DNA of 64,000 nt from Chrysomallon squamiferum (Eukaryota; Animalia; Mollusca): contig CM022667.1 in NCBI GenBank assembly GCA_012295275.1, positions 10,602,001 through 10,666,000 of the forward strand, in the 5' to 3' direction. The translations under genes and the position numbers were made by a program. Shown here in pieces: positions 23,888-37,019 of the stretch. How positions within the stretch are numbered: position 1 is the first letter of the stretch; each line of letters begins with the position of its first letter. Under the pieces are notes generated by a model that saw only the letters and a list, made by a program, of their open reading frames with translations, was not told the DNA's origin and did not search any database.

Positions 23888-26800
23888 ATGACTGAAGTGT
23901 GTAACCCAACACAAAATTCTGTCGCTTCTCTTCAGAAGAGATCTGAACACTCCTGTCGAATCTCAGAATCATCTCCACCTACAGCCAATATCACCATTTA
24001 TGCATCTTCGCCTATGAGCACCAATCTCAAAGCCCAGTCCGAATCAGATGAAACAGGTCCACTTATTATTATAGAACACATAGAGAGTCCAGTAGTCACA
24101 AAACCAGCAAAATCAACATTGGTGAAGTCAGAGCCAGCCCATCATCATCATCATCATCATCGTCATCATCATCCTCATCAACATCACAAGGTGTAGATGC
24201 GAAGCCAGTTTTCCAGTGCGAATCCTGTGACTACTACAGCCACAACAAACACTACCTGAAGCAGCACGTTGACTTGGTGCATAATTCTGACCGTCCATAC
24301 AAATGTCCATTCTGCGACTATGCCGGTAAACGTAGCCACTCCTTACGGGAACATCTCGTTGTCCATACCAACGAAAGACCTTACGAATGTGATTACTGTA
24401 ATGCAACATTCCGCAAAAAAGGTCACCTGACGAATCACATCAAGCTTCACACAAGCCAAAAATCAATAATTTGTAAACTGTGCAACCAGACCCTCCCAGA
24501 CGTGGCAGCATTTCAAGGTCACCTGAAAAAAGAGCACAACACTGACAAGCTGTATGCCTGTGAAAAATGTGGTTTCATTGCATCTGACAAAATCGGGATT
24601 ATGAAACACATTGCAGTCCACTCAAATGAAAGTTTCTACAGATGCAGCAAGTGCAGTTTTGTTACTTCGGACGTCGGGGCCCTGTCTTCGCACGCTGATA
24701 CCCACATCCCTAAACAACCAGTGCCTAAAGTGAACACCCCTGCCGAGCTGCCATCTGGCAAGGAAATGATTATGAAGTGCACGGAATGTGGTTTTGCAGC
24801 CAGTGACACGAACATGATGAAGAGTCATCTGCTAAAACATCTGACTAAAAAACAGATGATTCCCATAAAACCTGTTGCCTTACCTCAGAGTCAGATTCTC
24901 AGTATTGATCAGCCGCTTCCAAAAAACACATCTTACAAGTGCACAGAGTGCAGCTTCACTGACAAGGACGCTACTGTGTTTATTAAACATCTGTTGACCC
25001 ACAAGGTGAAGCAGCAGTCAGCAGTGAAAGCCCAGCAGAGCCAGGATGAAAAAGTAACTCCTGAAAGAAAACCTGTCCTTGTGGCTCCTGTGACAAAAGA
25101 AAACACTTGCCAGAATTCAAAGTCGCCATTCATTTATGATCAGTTCTCTGGACGCTTCCGCTGCATAATATGTGGATACACTTGCGAGTTTCAAAGGACA
25201 ATTAAGGCTCACATCTGGAAACATACAGGTCACAAAAACATTCATTATCCCATGTTTCAAAATGGTCCTTTAAGCATTTACGACGATCGGACTCCAATAC
25301 AAGTTGAGAAACCCACCGCTCAAATACCAGTACATGGAACTATTCTGTCTGTCAAACAGGACAATGAAGTGCAGAAGAATCCTCAGAGTGACAGAGAGTC
25401 AGCTGAATCACAGACAAAGCCCGTCTCATCTCAGAGTAGTATTGTACAGAGGTTACTTGGTGGCCACATAGTTCCTGACAAAATCTTTGTGAACTCCAAG
25501 CCGTCCTCTAGTCCTGGCATTGATAAATCAAGCCGAGACATTAATTCTGAAGGTTGTGCAAAGTCACTTAACCAGGAATCTCTCAATGAAGATCAAATCG
25601 CTAAATCAGTTGCTGTAGAATCTCCAAATGCTGTCAAGGAGAAAATGATTGTGAAGTCTGTTCTGAAGGAGGATTCTGATACACTGAAGCTTAGACTGGA
25701 ATCGACGAGAACAACAGTTAGTAAACCATCAGCCTCTGGTGTTATGTCTGGCAGCAGTGATAGCATTGTGAATAAGATCACAGAATCTCAGACCGAGATC
25801 TCGGCCCAAATTTCTCCTGAAAAAAAATCTGAGTATTCAGAAAAGAAGGCTTCTGTACAAGAAGTAAGTGATGCTTCTGAAATAGTTAATTCTAAGTCTG
25901 CTGAAGAGTGGACTGATTGTGCTAACCAAGGTGCAAATGTTGTAGTGGAGACAGTAAACACTGCTCCACCTTCATCAGTGTTTACCAGCATGAAGAGTCA
26001 GCAGAACAGTCCAAGGATTTCTGATCTACATCAGCCAGTAGATTCTGACCTTTCTGAAACATTTGGCAGCAACCAGGATTTTTCTTTATTACATACTGAA
26101 GGTAAAACGAGCAGCCCACAGAAGGAAGCATCCTCTATGAATAATATTGATCCATCGTCTCAAAACGATTGTAAGCTGACGCAGACTTTCCTTGCATCAG
26201 ACATCTCCAAAGATAATGAGTCTGCAATAACTCTTCTTTCTCTACTGAAGAAAGCTCCAGCCAGTACCACTGTCTGCAAGGATTCTCACATCAAGGAACA
26301 AATTGAAAAAGTCTCAGAGTGTCAGAATGTTTCTGATAAAGACAGCAGATCCGATTCCGAGACTGACCAGGCATCAGAAGGTGGAGATGATTCTGCCTTG
26401 TTGTCCAGACCAAAATCTGGCATCTGTTCCTCACTTCTAGCTGTCATAGAACAGCTCAGGGAACGTGCCAATTCAGAGAGTGAACCAACAAATCCAGAGA
26501 AGGATGTTCTGAAGAAAGACTGTCTTGCAGAAGATGACATGCTTCCAGAAAATATGGAGAACATAGAACAGCTACATGAAGATGGTGAGGTAAAGTACAG
26601 ATGTAAATTCTGTCACTACAGCAATCCTAGAGCTTTGCTCATAAAATTGCACATGAGACTACACAAGTCAAAGCAACCCTTTGAATGTTCCTTGTGTAGC
26701 TTCATAGCCAAATCGAGTGAAAGTCTTCAGGATCACATGATAAAGCATTGCAAAGTGCGCACCTACCAGTGCAAACTTTGTCCATCAGCATTTAACTATA

Positions 26801-27774
26801 AGAGTCAGCTGAGAGCACACATGAGAGCTCACAGTGACAAGGATCCATTTTGTTGTGAGTCATGTGACTTTGAGACGATGGATGCCACAACTTACAGAAC
26901 TCACGTGAGGTATCATATTGACAAGAGCTGCTTCAGGTGTGATTCCTGTAAAGAGATCTTTCCTACTCTGTCTGATTTGAATCTTCACATACTGGAGCTG
27001 TCATGTAAAAACATGCTCAACTGTGAGGAATGTAACTTTGTTGCTGAGGACAACCAAGGTCTTGTGAATCATGTCAGAGAAATGCACAGAGAATTCCGAT
27101 GTCTAGAATGTTCTTTTTCTTGCTCATCAAGGCTCTCCTTAACTCACCATGCGACATCTCACCATCACAGTGTTGCCACTGATGACTCAGGACTTCTGAA
27201 GTGTGATCTTTGTGACTTCACTGCAGTCTCCAGTCGCAGCTTGAAGTCACACATGAAACGACACATCAACGACCAGAGATACGTCCAGCAGCCACTGGAA
27301 CAATATAAGTGTAACCTGTGTGGCTACGTCTGCCACCATCTGCCGTCTTTGAAATCACACATGTGGCGGCATGCCAGTGATCGCAACTACAGCTACGAAT
27401 TCACCAACGACGTCATCAATGCTGCTATAGACTACGACTGCCGAATTGACAGCACTAAGATTGAAGATCCCGAGGTCATGGAGAAAATCCTCAGCTCAGA
27501 AAGACAGATCCTGGAGGGTCGACTGAACAGATCTGTTTGTCCAGGAGGAGCAGCTGCCATCTGCTGGGTGACTTTCAGATGTTGTCAGTGCGGATTCGAA
27601 ACCATCAACAAGGCAGATTTGAACTTGCACATGAAATCACACTCAGATGTTATTCAGAGGACACTGGATGTTGGAAGTCATCAGAATCGCAAAGCTTCTA
27701 AAAGACTCGGAGAAGACACAGCTCACATTCTCACCGATCCAGTTAAAATTTTGAAAATAGAAGAAAAAGGATGA
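23888..27774 (+). CDS. ZNF507: Zinc finger protein 507-like (about 19 C2H2-type fingers); apparently one coding exon with a frame break near 24135-24140
   Basis: ORF 24274..27774 is open upstream to 24052 and includes a further finger (FQCESCDYYSHNKHYLKQHVDLVH). Blocks recognisable from ZNF507: CGYTCEFQRTIKAHIWKHTG..YPMF, GICSSLLAVIEQLRER, HCKVRTYQCKLCPSAFNYKSQLRAH, CGYVCHHLPSLKSHMWRHASDRNYSYE. The likely N-terminus is ORF 23888..24196 (A at -3) in a different frame. Confidence 0.88.
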
Positions 27775-28326
27775 AAAGGGAAGAAAAGAAAATTCTAGCA
27801 GTTTTCCTTCTTCACACATATAAATCAAACTGGATTATTTTACTTTACCCATTATGTTACTGTTGTTCAATGTTATAGTGGAAGAATTTGTTCTGAATAT
27901 TTCTTCTAATATTTTATTCTTGTAATCTTGATCTGAATGTTTATTTTTACATAACAAATCAATAGCAATATTTTAAGTTATTTTTTTATTTTCAAGATTT
28001 CATAGCTTTATGTCATACAAGATGCCTTCAAACCCATCCAACCTTGCATACTTAGTAATCAAAACTAGAACACACATAACAAAAGGTGCTTCTGCATTTT
28101 CAGAGGGATTTAAAATCATATAAAGGAATCTCGGTTATAATTTATCGAAATGTAAAACCAAAATATATATGTTCATAACAGTAGCTAGATATTGAAATTT
28201 GTTCTGTAAAAATTATTATTTCACAAATACATATATATTTTTTGGTATGCTTTAGTTAAATAAGAATGTATGGGAATGTAATGTACACATAAACTGTTTT
28301 GCCAAATTAACAGAATATTAAACTTA

Positions 28327-28328
<2 letters not shown>

Positions 28329-28374
<46 letters not shown>
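28329..28374. repeat. (TG)n microsatellite
   Basis: Direct inspection. Confidence 0.95.
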
Positions 28375-28376
<2 letters not shown>

Positions 28377-29218
28377 CAAATTTTATTTTTTATTTTATTT
28401 TAAAAAGAATATTGGATTACTGAATATAAAATGAATAGGCTGGATATGACTAATGTATGCCTAACTTTGCTATTTATTATTATTCACACACCAACAAAAA
28501 AAAAAAAAAAAAAAAATAGGTGGAGAAACACTTTATTTAGTAGTAGTTAAAGAGATAAGGTAAAAGTAATACAAACAAAAAATTAAAAAAATAGTAGTTA
28601 CATTATAAATTAAATATATTGTGCCAACATACACACACATATGGTTGGTGTTACTGATTTGAAAAACAAATTAACTGAAAGGGGGACAAAAAACTATGTA
28701 AAATTGTTTAATTCTTTCATATGTGAAGCGTTACATTATATTTAATATGTTGAATATTTCTTGCATCATATAGCTTTGCACATAACACAAATGGAAAAAC
28801 TATATTCGATACATATATAATAACAAACACATGAAGTAATGTGTAAAATATGTGTGACTATTTTTTATTATAATAACCTGTTATGTGATGTTTCATACAA
28901 TGTAGGTGAAATGCTGGTAAATTTTTGAAATCGCAAGACAATGCTCATTATATAGCAGAGCTGTCTTTGATAGTTATTACAAAAATATGTCACTGAATTG
29001 TTGAAGGGCCAGTTTCTTAAATCAGCTGAATTTTCTGCTGCTGTTAATGTTAAGCATACACTGCATATATGATGTAATTTAACTATATTATCTAATATGT
29101 ACATGTAATATGTTAATAATACATATTCTGATTATCTTCCTGTAAAGAAGTAATGTATTAACATGTATTGCATATTTACAATATTATATTATATTACTGT
29201 AGCATTTAAAAACTTACA

Positions 29219-29538
29219 TATGTGACCCTATCACATTGAAACAGGTCTTTAGAAACATTTTGTCTGTTTCAAGTTGATATCTCATTTCTTCCTGTATTAG
29301 TTAGTTGTTTGTTCATTCGTCAAAATGAGGCATCCAGCAAATAATTGTTCATAAAAGTACTATAAAACACACCTTAGGGATCTTATAAATGTCATCACTG
29401 GATCTAAGAGACAAGATAGATATTATAGATTATCAACCCAAAATATATAAAATTTTTGGGTGGTTTCACTTTTTGTTGGCTAAAACTCAGTATTTGCCCA
29501 TGCAACTTAAGACCCGGTTTGATGTTAAGGGTCACATA
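29219..29538. mobile_element. ~320-bp MITE with imperfect ~30-bp terminal inverted repeats and TA ends
   Basis: Left end TATGTGACCCTATCACATTGAAACAGGTCTT; reverse complement of the right end TATGTGACCCTTAACATCAAACCGGGTCTT. No coding capacity. Confidence 0.75.
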
Positions 29539-31092
29539 ATGTACATTGATATTGATTTTAATTACATAAATCTGTCCGTCCAATTGTACATATGTACATG
29601 TGTGTATCATTTAATGAATTTATTAGTTGCTATATATTTTCATTTTTGTGTTCATTCATTGTGTTAGTGGTAAAAAGTTGTCTTGAACTGTTTTTATTTT
29701 CCTTTTTTTTCTTCTTAAACTGACAATTAATTTTTTTTTATTTTTTTTAATTGGATCTCGTATTAAGATAAGTATTAGTAAAAGAATATAAACTGAAATC
29801 TGATTCAAACATGCATTTACGAAACATAAAACATTTTTAAAATGCTTATTTGATTTATTCTAGAAATCTATATTCAGTTATAATTTATAGGTTGAACCCA
29901 AATTTTGGTTTTGTATTTTTATGTTGTTTTTGTTATACAGAATGGTTATACACCAACCTAATGTTTTTAGCTGTCTGTATCTGTTAAATTAAAAAGAAGA
30001 TATAATTGTTTATTATTATTTTGTTTTAAATTTACTATTATTATTAATAATTTTGTTTCCAGTTTCACAGTGGTTTAAAAAAAAAAGTTTGTTGTGATTT
30101 TTAACATTCAACACATGACAAAATGCAGTGATGAACCACATTTCTTAATATCCTTGACCTTCAATTTACAGTTATTCTTGAATGAGAAATATATATATAT
30201 ATAAAGAATGAGTGAAAAAATATTTAACAATTTATCTTTTATTAATATAGCGAGTTCTCCAAAGATGTCCATCTTTACATGAAATTTGTATCTCAAAAAC
30301 TGTTCTGTCAAGTCGTGTAATAATAATAAATAAGTAAATAAAAAGTAAAAAAAATATATATATACATACATACATACATACACCTTTTAAAAAATCATTA
30401 ACAACAATAATAATAATAATAATATAAAGAAAAAACAAAATGTGTCCAGTGGGGTATAGACGTTATTATAAAGTTAATTTTCATTCAGCTATTTTATCTT
30501 TTATACATAGTATGTAGATCTAACAATAAATATTCAAAAAAATATAATCCTGTTAGCTTATTTTAAAAGTCATTATTATTATCATTTTTTTAATGTAAAA
30601 ATTGATTAAATGAATTTAATATTCTTTATTCAAAAGTACTTCATTATTCGTTAATTCATATATATATGAAGTTTCATGCTTTTCATTCATAATTTATAAC
30701 TTCTCATACATTCATTCATAAACACAGAATTCATTAAACATTAATAAAATCCGGATTCGCTTTAGTTACTCACAATTATCAGAAAATCCATTATTCACAA
30801 ATTCTCCATGATTAACATTTGTTACTGAAACCCCTGATTCATAATTATTCACAAACCTTCCTGATATTCATCAGTTGTTTATAATTTATTCTGATGCACA
30901 AAAAGGTACACACAGCACACAGGTGTGTAATTAATGCATGGAAATATTAATGTAACCATGGTTGTTATTATTTGTGTTGCTACGGTTACAGTTATCCAGT
31001 ATAACGAATTTACCTCACATCTTTGGAGTATTATTTTAATTTGTTAATCCTCTGCTTGTTTCTCTTTTTAACTAATTATATGTACTATATAA

Positions 31093-31729
31093 TTGAGGTT
31101 TAAATGCAGAAAGAGGTTAAATGTAATTTTCAAAAGTTAAAAAGTTTTCTCAACAATTATTCCAACTTAGAGACATCTTTTTACTTGAGTTGCATACTTT
31201 AAGAATATTCTGTCATGACTGAATTTTCAATAAAGTAGATTAGATCATAAAAATTTGAATATTTAATTCATCCTGTTTTACATAATTAAGTGAAATGAGT
31301 AATAAAATGTTTTTTTTTTTTTCTTTACTTTTTCTTTTCTTAATCTGTTGTTTAAATCACATAGAATGTGGTTATTGTTATATCTAATTCTGTTTTTATA
31401 CATAAAATATTGTTGTTTTAAAAGATATTATTGTATCTAATTCTTTCTACTTAAATTAAACTGAAGATAATCATAATTATTTAGATGTTTGAGGCAGTAT
31501 TTGCTACAAAAAAAATCCAACTTGGATAATAGCACAATAAACTTTACTTGTTTAAATAATTTAAAAATAGGTGTAGATAAAAACATTCAACTTAGATTAT
31601 CATTTTAAGTTTTAAACTGGCAAGTATTTTGCACTATTGTTGTGTGTTATAAATTAAGATGGCAACCAAAACAATTTGCCTCTGAATGATGAAAATTGCA
31701 TTCGGCCTCTTTCTGCATTAAATCCTCAA
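31093..31729. repeat. 40-bp inverted repeat pair about 560 bp apart (possible MITE or fold-back relic)
   Basis: 31093-31132 TTGAGGTTTAAATGCAGAAAGAGGTTAAATGTAATTTTCA vs reverse complement of 31690-31729 TTGAGGATTTAATGCAGAAAGAGGCCGAATGCAATTTTCA; 34/40 identical. Confidence 0.75.
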
Positions 31730-31855
31730 AACAGAATTGTTATTAAACTGTTGCTTGTAGGCATGGTCACAAGATTTATATGGAGGTTTATTTTACAAGC
31801 TAGAATTTTGTCAATATGTAAGAAATCTTCATCACGTGTCAACTGAAAAGAATGA

Positions 31856-31908
<53 letters not shown>

Positions 31909-32146
31909 TACATACATAATATTTGCCATGAAACCTATATACACAGTCGTTGATGTGTGACATGTGTGACTTACAACTGTTGTACTTTTCCTGCATGTCT
32001 TTCAGGGATGCTGCAGCTAAAGATGGGATCATATAGTAATATGGCTTCTATAAATACATGTCTAATATAAAACCAATCACTTGGAATGGAACAGTTTCCA
32101 ATCCAGGACTGTTTGTATATAGGCATTAAATATGTATGTGTGTTTG

Positions 32147-32177
<31 letters not shown>

Positions 32178-32910
32178 TCTGAAACTATCAAATATAAGCT
32201 TTAAAATGGACAGTTTTTTTTCAAGACATTAAATTGTTTAATACGGTGAAAATACCAGTTAAATCATTTTTATACATATCCAGAAATTTAACCTGATATA
32301 CTTAATACATTAATGGATATTTATCAAACATTTTGTGATGAACCCAGCTCAACCAAATTTGCTGATTTAATGAATTTGGTTTTTAAAACAGTTTTGAAAG
32401 AAAATGTATATGTATATACTTGAAGATGATAAAATAGATATCTTCATAATAAAATAAAGAAATGAAAACAAAGAAAAGTGGATAATGTCTAAAAATAATA
32501 AAAATAAAAATATAATTAAAATAAAAAACAAATAAAAGAACTAAAGATTATGTATTTCATTGAAATAAATGAAATCTAATAAATAAAGTAAATAAAATGA
32601 AAATAAATAAAATAATAATGAAACTTAAATAACTACAGTAAAAATAAAATAAAATGACAACTACAAAACTGCTGCTATTTATAAACTTTCTTTGTTTGTT
32701 TTGTGCTGCATGTTAGTGCTATTTGTTACTGTCACACTGTAAATATCAGCGGAATGTTTATATATATATATTTTATAACTGAATTTGTTGCTGGTGAATG
32801 AGGGAATGTACTCAAATTCTAGTCTTCCACAACTAATGTATGTAAATTGAAATACTGTCAAAGTTAGTCATACCATTATGTTGTTGTTGTTTTTTATTCT
32901 TTTTTCTTTC

Positions 32911-32951
<41 letters not shown>

Positions 32952-35900
32952 TTTCTTAATATTAGTTTTTAATTTTCTTTCAAAATGTAATAGAAAAAGA
33001 TTAGATATTTAATCTTGAATGAATATGATCATATGATATATTCAATACTTTAATTTGAAACTGTTACGCTAACAGTAATTATTCTTACATTTTTAGTTCC
33101 TTTTTAAATTTTGTCCTCCTGAATCTGCAGATGCAGAATAAATATTGAAAATATTTGACTGGATTAAGTCAAATTTTTTTTTTTTATAAATACATCAAAG
33201 AATGTTCTGTTTTTTTTTTTTGAAAAAGAATGGATGTGTATGTATTAATTAATCAAAATAATGAACTCATCCATAGAAAGCTTTTTAATTGTATTATATA
33301 TTATATATAACATATTTCCACACCTTACATACTACTTATCTGAATAATATGCAGATTGATTATGCAATTTGAGTAAAGATCATTGACATATCTTTCACAA
33401 ACTTCTGCTGAATCTATAAACTTTTTTAATGTTAAAAGTTTGAATGATTTCAGATTTAACTGAGAATTGAAGTTACATGGTAACAAATGACGTAAGATAT
33501 CATTTACAGATGGGTTTCTTTTTCGATTCAAATATAAAATTTTTTTAAAAATAAAATTATTTCAGTTGTTCTTACTCATAATCAGTTTGATGGGTACTGC
33601 ATTTAGCATTAGGTTGATTTTTGACTTCTTTTTTTTCTTCTGTTTGTCACCCAGTTCCAACTCTTTTTTCGGTATGCATATTTTGTGAAATTCCCATACC
33701 TTCAACTGACATTTTCTATACAAATATTGTCTCACCATTTTTGTTTAATTTGGTATCCATGACATTTATAAAACTCTTTTTTTTTTTTTTTAAATATAAG
33801 TTTATATCTGCCTAAATTTGTGGTAAAAAAAAAATCTCAAAAAATCTCAACTATTGTTCTTTTATTTAGAAATTTAAACAAACAAATTTAAAATAAATGA
33901 CAATGATAGGCTCATCAAATTTTATTTTTATGATTTATTCCATTAAAGATTATGGGCAGTCCTTTCTTTTCTGTAGGTTGCATTAGTAAAAAGAAGTGAC
34001 GATTTCTGGTAAATTTTAATTTTTAATTTTTATTCATTTACTAGTACACATATTTTTAATTATTTTTTTAACTGTTTTATTTAAGCATTTGTTTAAAAAT
34101 GTTTTCTTCATATACTGCATATGTATTATTTTTATTTCAACCTATTTTATTTATTCATTCTTTCATTCTTTTTTCTTTTTATAAAATATAATTTTACAAA
34201 TTCCTTTTGCCTAGTGATATATGATTTGATGTTATGTTTTTTTTTTTTTTTTTTTTTTAGAATACTTTTCTTTTTTAAGTGTACAAATGGTGAGAACTTG
34301 TGAAATAATTTAGTATTCTTCCATGTATGATATTATTATTTATCTTTCAGCGAGAGGCATCATTCTGTGTTCAAGTTATTGTGTCTGTTTTGTTTGTTTT
34401 TGATTGTTTCTTTTGTTTTCATATAAGCCATTGCTTTAAATCTGTGTTCTAATTGTTAGAGTAGAGATTTTGTTAATATCGTAGTTTGTTCACCCAGAAA
34501 ATATAACAGTTTATTTTAAGTGTATTTTAACTTTCTTCATTTTATCGCTAGTTTTTCTTTATTTATTTTTTTATTTATTTTTATTTACCTTAAATTATAA
34601 TGCTTGGGGTACATCAGAATATTATTCTGTTTAAAATTAACATTTGTATAGTAAACGTAATCTATTTTTTTAATCTTTTTTTTTTTTTTTTTTACAACAT
34701 GCACATACTTTCCTTATTTGCCACTGATTTAGTTGAACTGAGTGTAAAATACCATGAATTTACTAATGTAAATAATGAAAACATACTATTTACTGTATAT
34801 TATCAGGGTTTTTTTTTAACATAATTATTTAATTTTTATATTTTTAAATTTAAAAACAAAACCTCCTTTTTGCTGCTGGTGTCTTTTAAAATATAAATAG
34901 CAATAACAAAATAAATAAATAAATAAATAAAAATAAAAAATAAAAATCGTAACAACAAATAAATAAATAATAATAATTGAATAATAATATGAATAGTGAA
35001 TTATGTCTGACAGTTTGAAGAATGTGTTTCTGTATGATCTGTTCATGTGCCTTTTATACTTTGTTAATACACCATATATGTTAATATACCATGTATGATT
35101 TATCTGTGCATGTACATATGTAGACGCAAGTGCATACATACATACATACATATGAAACTAAATATGTATGTGTGAATATATATATGTATGTATGTATGTA
35201 CTGTATATATCATGTTTACGTTATACATAATGCATGCAAACAAATTAGACCAGTTATTTTTGATACACTTCAATCAAAAAGGTTCAAACTCACTTGTCAT
35301 GGACAGTTCAGATTTAATATTTTCTAATTCAATCTGTATTTGGCAGCTTTAAATGAAAAAAAAAAAAAGAAGGAAGAAATATTGAAATAAAAAAGATAAT
35401 AAAATAAATAAATAAATAATAATAAAGTAATTATAAAATGAAAAATCTTCCAACATCAGTAGATATTTTTAAGGTTATTTTCAAACTATATGTTGTATTA
35501 TATACCCTTAAATATTTAAAAAGTAATGTCTGAAGAATATTTATACAATTTGTGTTGCATATTCCATTAAAAGTTTAAAACACAAAGATTTGATGAATTA
35601 TCATACAAATTTTAAATTTTTTTTTTTTTTTTTTTTCTTTTTCATGTTTTTATTATAGTATTGCATATCCTTGATTGTTTATTGTATCACCTAGCATTTA
35701 TAACATTCTATTTTAGTTTTTTAATTTTTATTAAGTTTAACTTAAAAAATACAAGAAATTTGTTTTTAAAATATATTTAATTTATTCCAACCATCAGTTT
35801 TACTGTAATTTATAATTATCTGAATTGTTTTGTTTTGGTAGATGTGTTTTGAGGAGATAAACATTTCATTGTTGTTGTTGTTTTAGAGTTATTTTTTCTG

Positions 35901-36269
35901 AGTGAACAGAAACGTAGTTGATGACTTAATTTATTGCATCAAGACCAATTTCATTTGTTAGTCAGATAATAATAAAAATGATATGGCAAACAAGACTTTG
36001 TTTTTTGTTTTATTTTTTCCCATTTTAATTATTTTGTTTATTTACTTTGATGATGATGATAGTTTTACTGGGGGTATTGATGATGATGGAGTAGAGATGA
36101 TGACAGTAGTGGTAATAATGATGACAAAACTAATCATGATAGAAGTGATTTTAAGGAAATAAGGTGAAATTTTCTAATTATCTTAAAAATGTGTGAAGAT
36201 CTACTTTTTAAAAGAAAGTAATACAAAACTTTATTCAGCACAACCTAGAGTGGGATCATTAAATATTTT

Positions 36270-36500
36270 TTAGAATGCTTCCATCAGACAAGTTATCAAG
36301 TACACATATCTTGGACAATCTTTGACAATGCCAGTGTTACATCCTTGAATTAATTATTTACATAATTAAAAGCAAGCAGTCGTTTTCTAGTATATGTCTA
36401 ACAGAGTATGAATTTTAATTGAAAATATTCATCTAGCAACACAAGCTTCTAGGATTAATATAATTTGCAGTTAATTTATTCTCAATGTTGGCGTTGATTG
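36270..36500 (+). mobile_element. Highly decayed non-LTR retrotransposon (RTE-like) reverse-transcriptase C-terminal fragment
   Basis: Reads IRQVIKYTYLGQSLT (the YLG motif of LINE RTs), then frameshifted remnants ELIIYIIKSKQSFSSIC and NIHLAT resembling the downstream EIxxRIxxAxxAF block; multiple stops. Confidence 0.4.
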
Positions 36501-37019
36501 GAAAAGGAAAAAATAAATGTGCATAAACAAAAACAAAACAACCAAAAAACCTTGTATGTCTATGAACTGGATGCTGTAAATTCATTACATATTTTCTTTT
36601 TAACCTACTTTTTAATGTTTATTCGTTGTTGTTTTTTGTTGTTTTAGTTTTGTGTAAATTACACCATTTTAGACAAGCGAAAATTAGAACATTTTGACCC
36701 AAAACGTATGTGAAACATGTCTTGAAATTTTACATTGTGTAAAAAAACAACTTATTAATGAAGATTTATAGTGTGATTTCAAATTTAGTGTCTCTGTACT
36801 TTTCTATTAACATGCACACGATATTTTGTCTGAAAACATTGTGTTCTAATTATTCTGAAAAGAAAACCCCTCATGTAATCTAAACAGAATAGCTGAATCA
36901 TTTAATTGTATGCTAACTATAACTTTTTTTAAATGAAAAAACATATACCTAATTTTTTATGTATCTTATTATTCGTAGTAGTAATAAACCAGTAATAATA
37001 TCAGTAGCAGACGCAGCAG

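Noticed and set aside
24622-26564. Short minus-strand ORFs antisense to ZNF507
   Set aside because: Shadow ORFs of a long coding exon with no independent homology or splice support.
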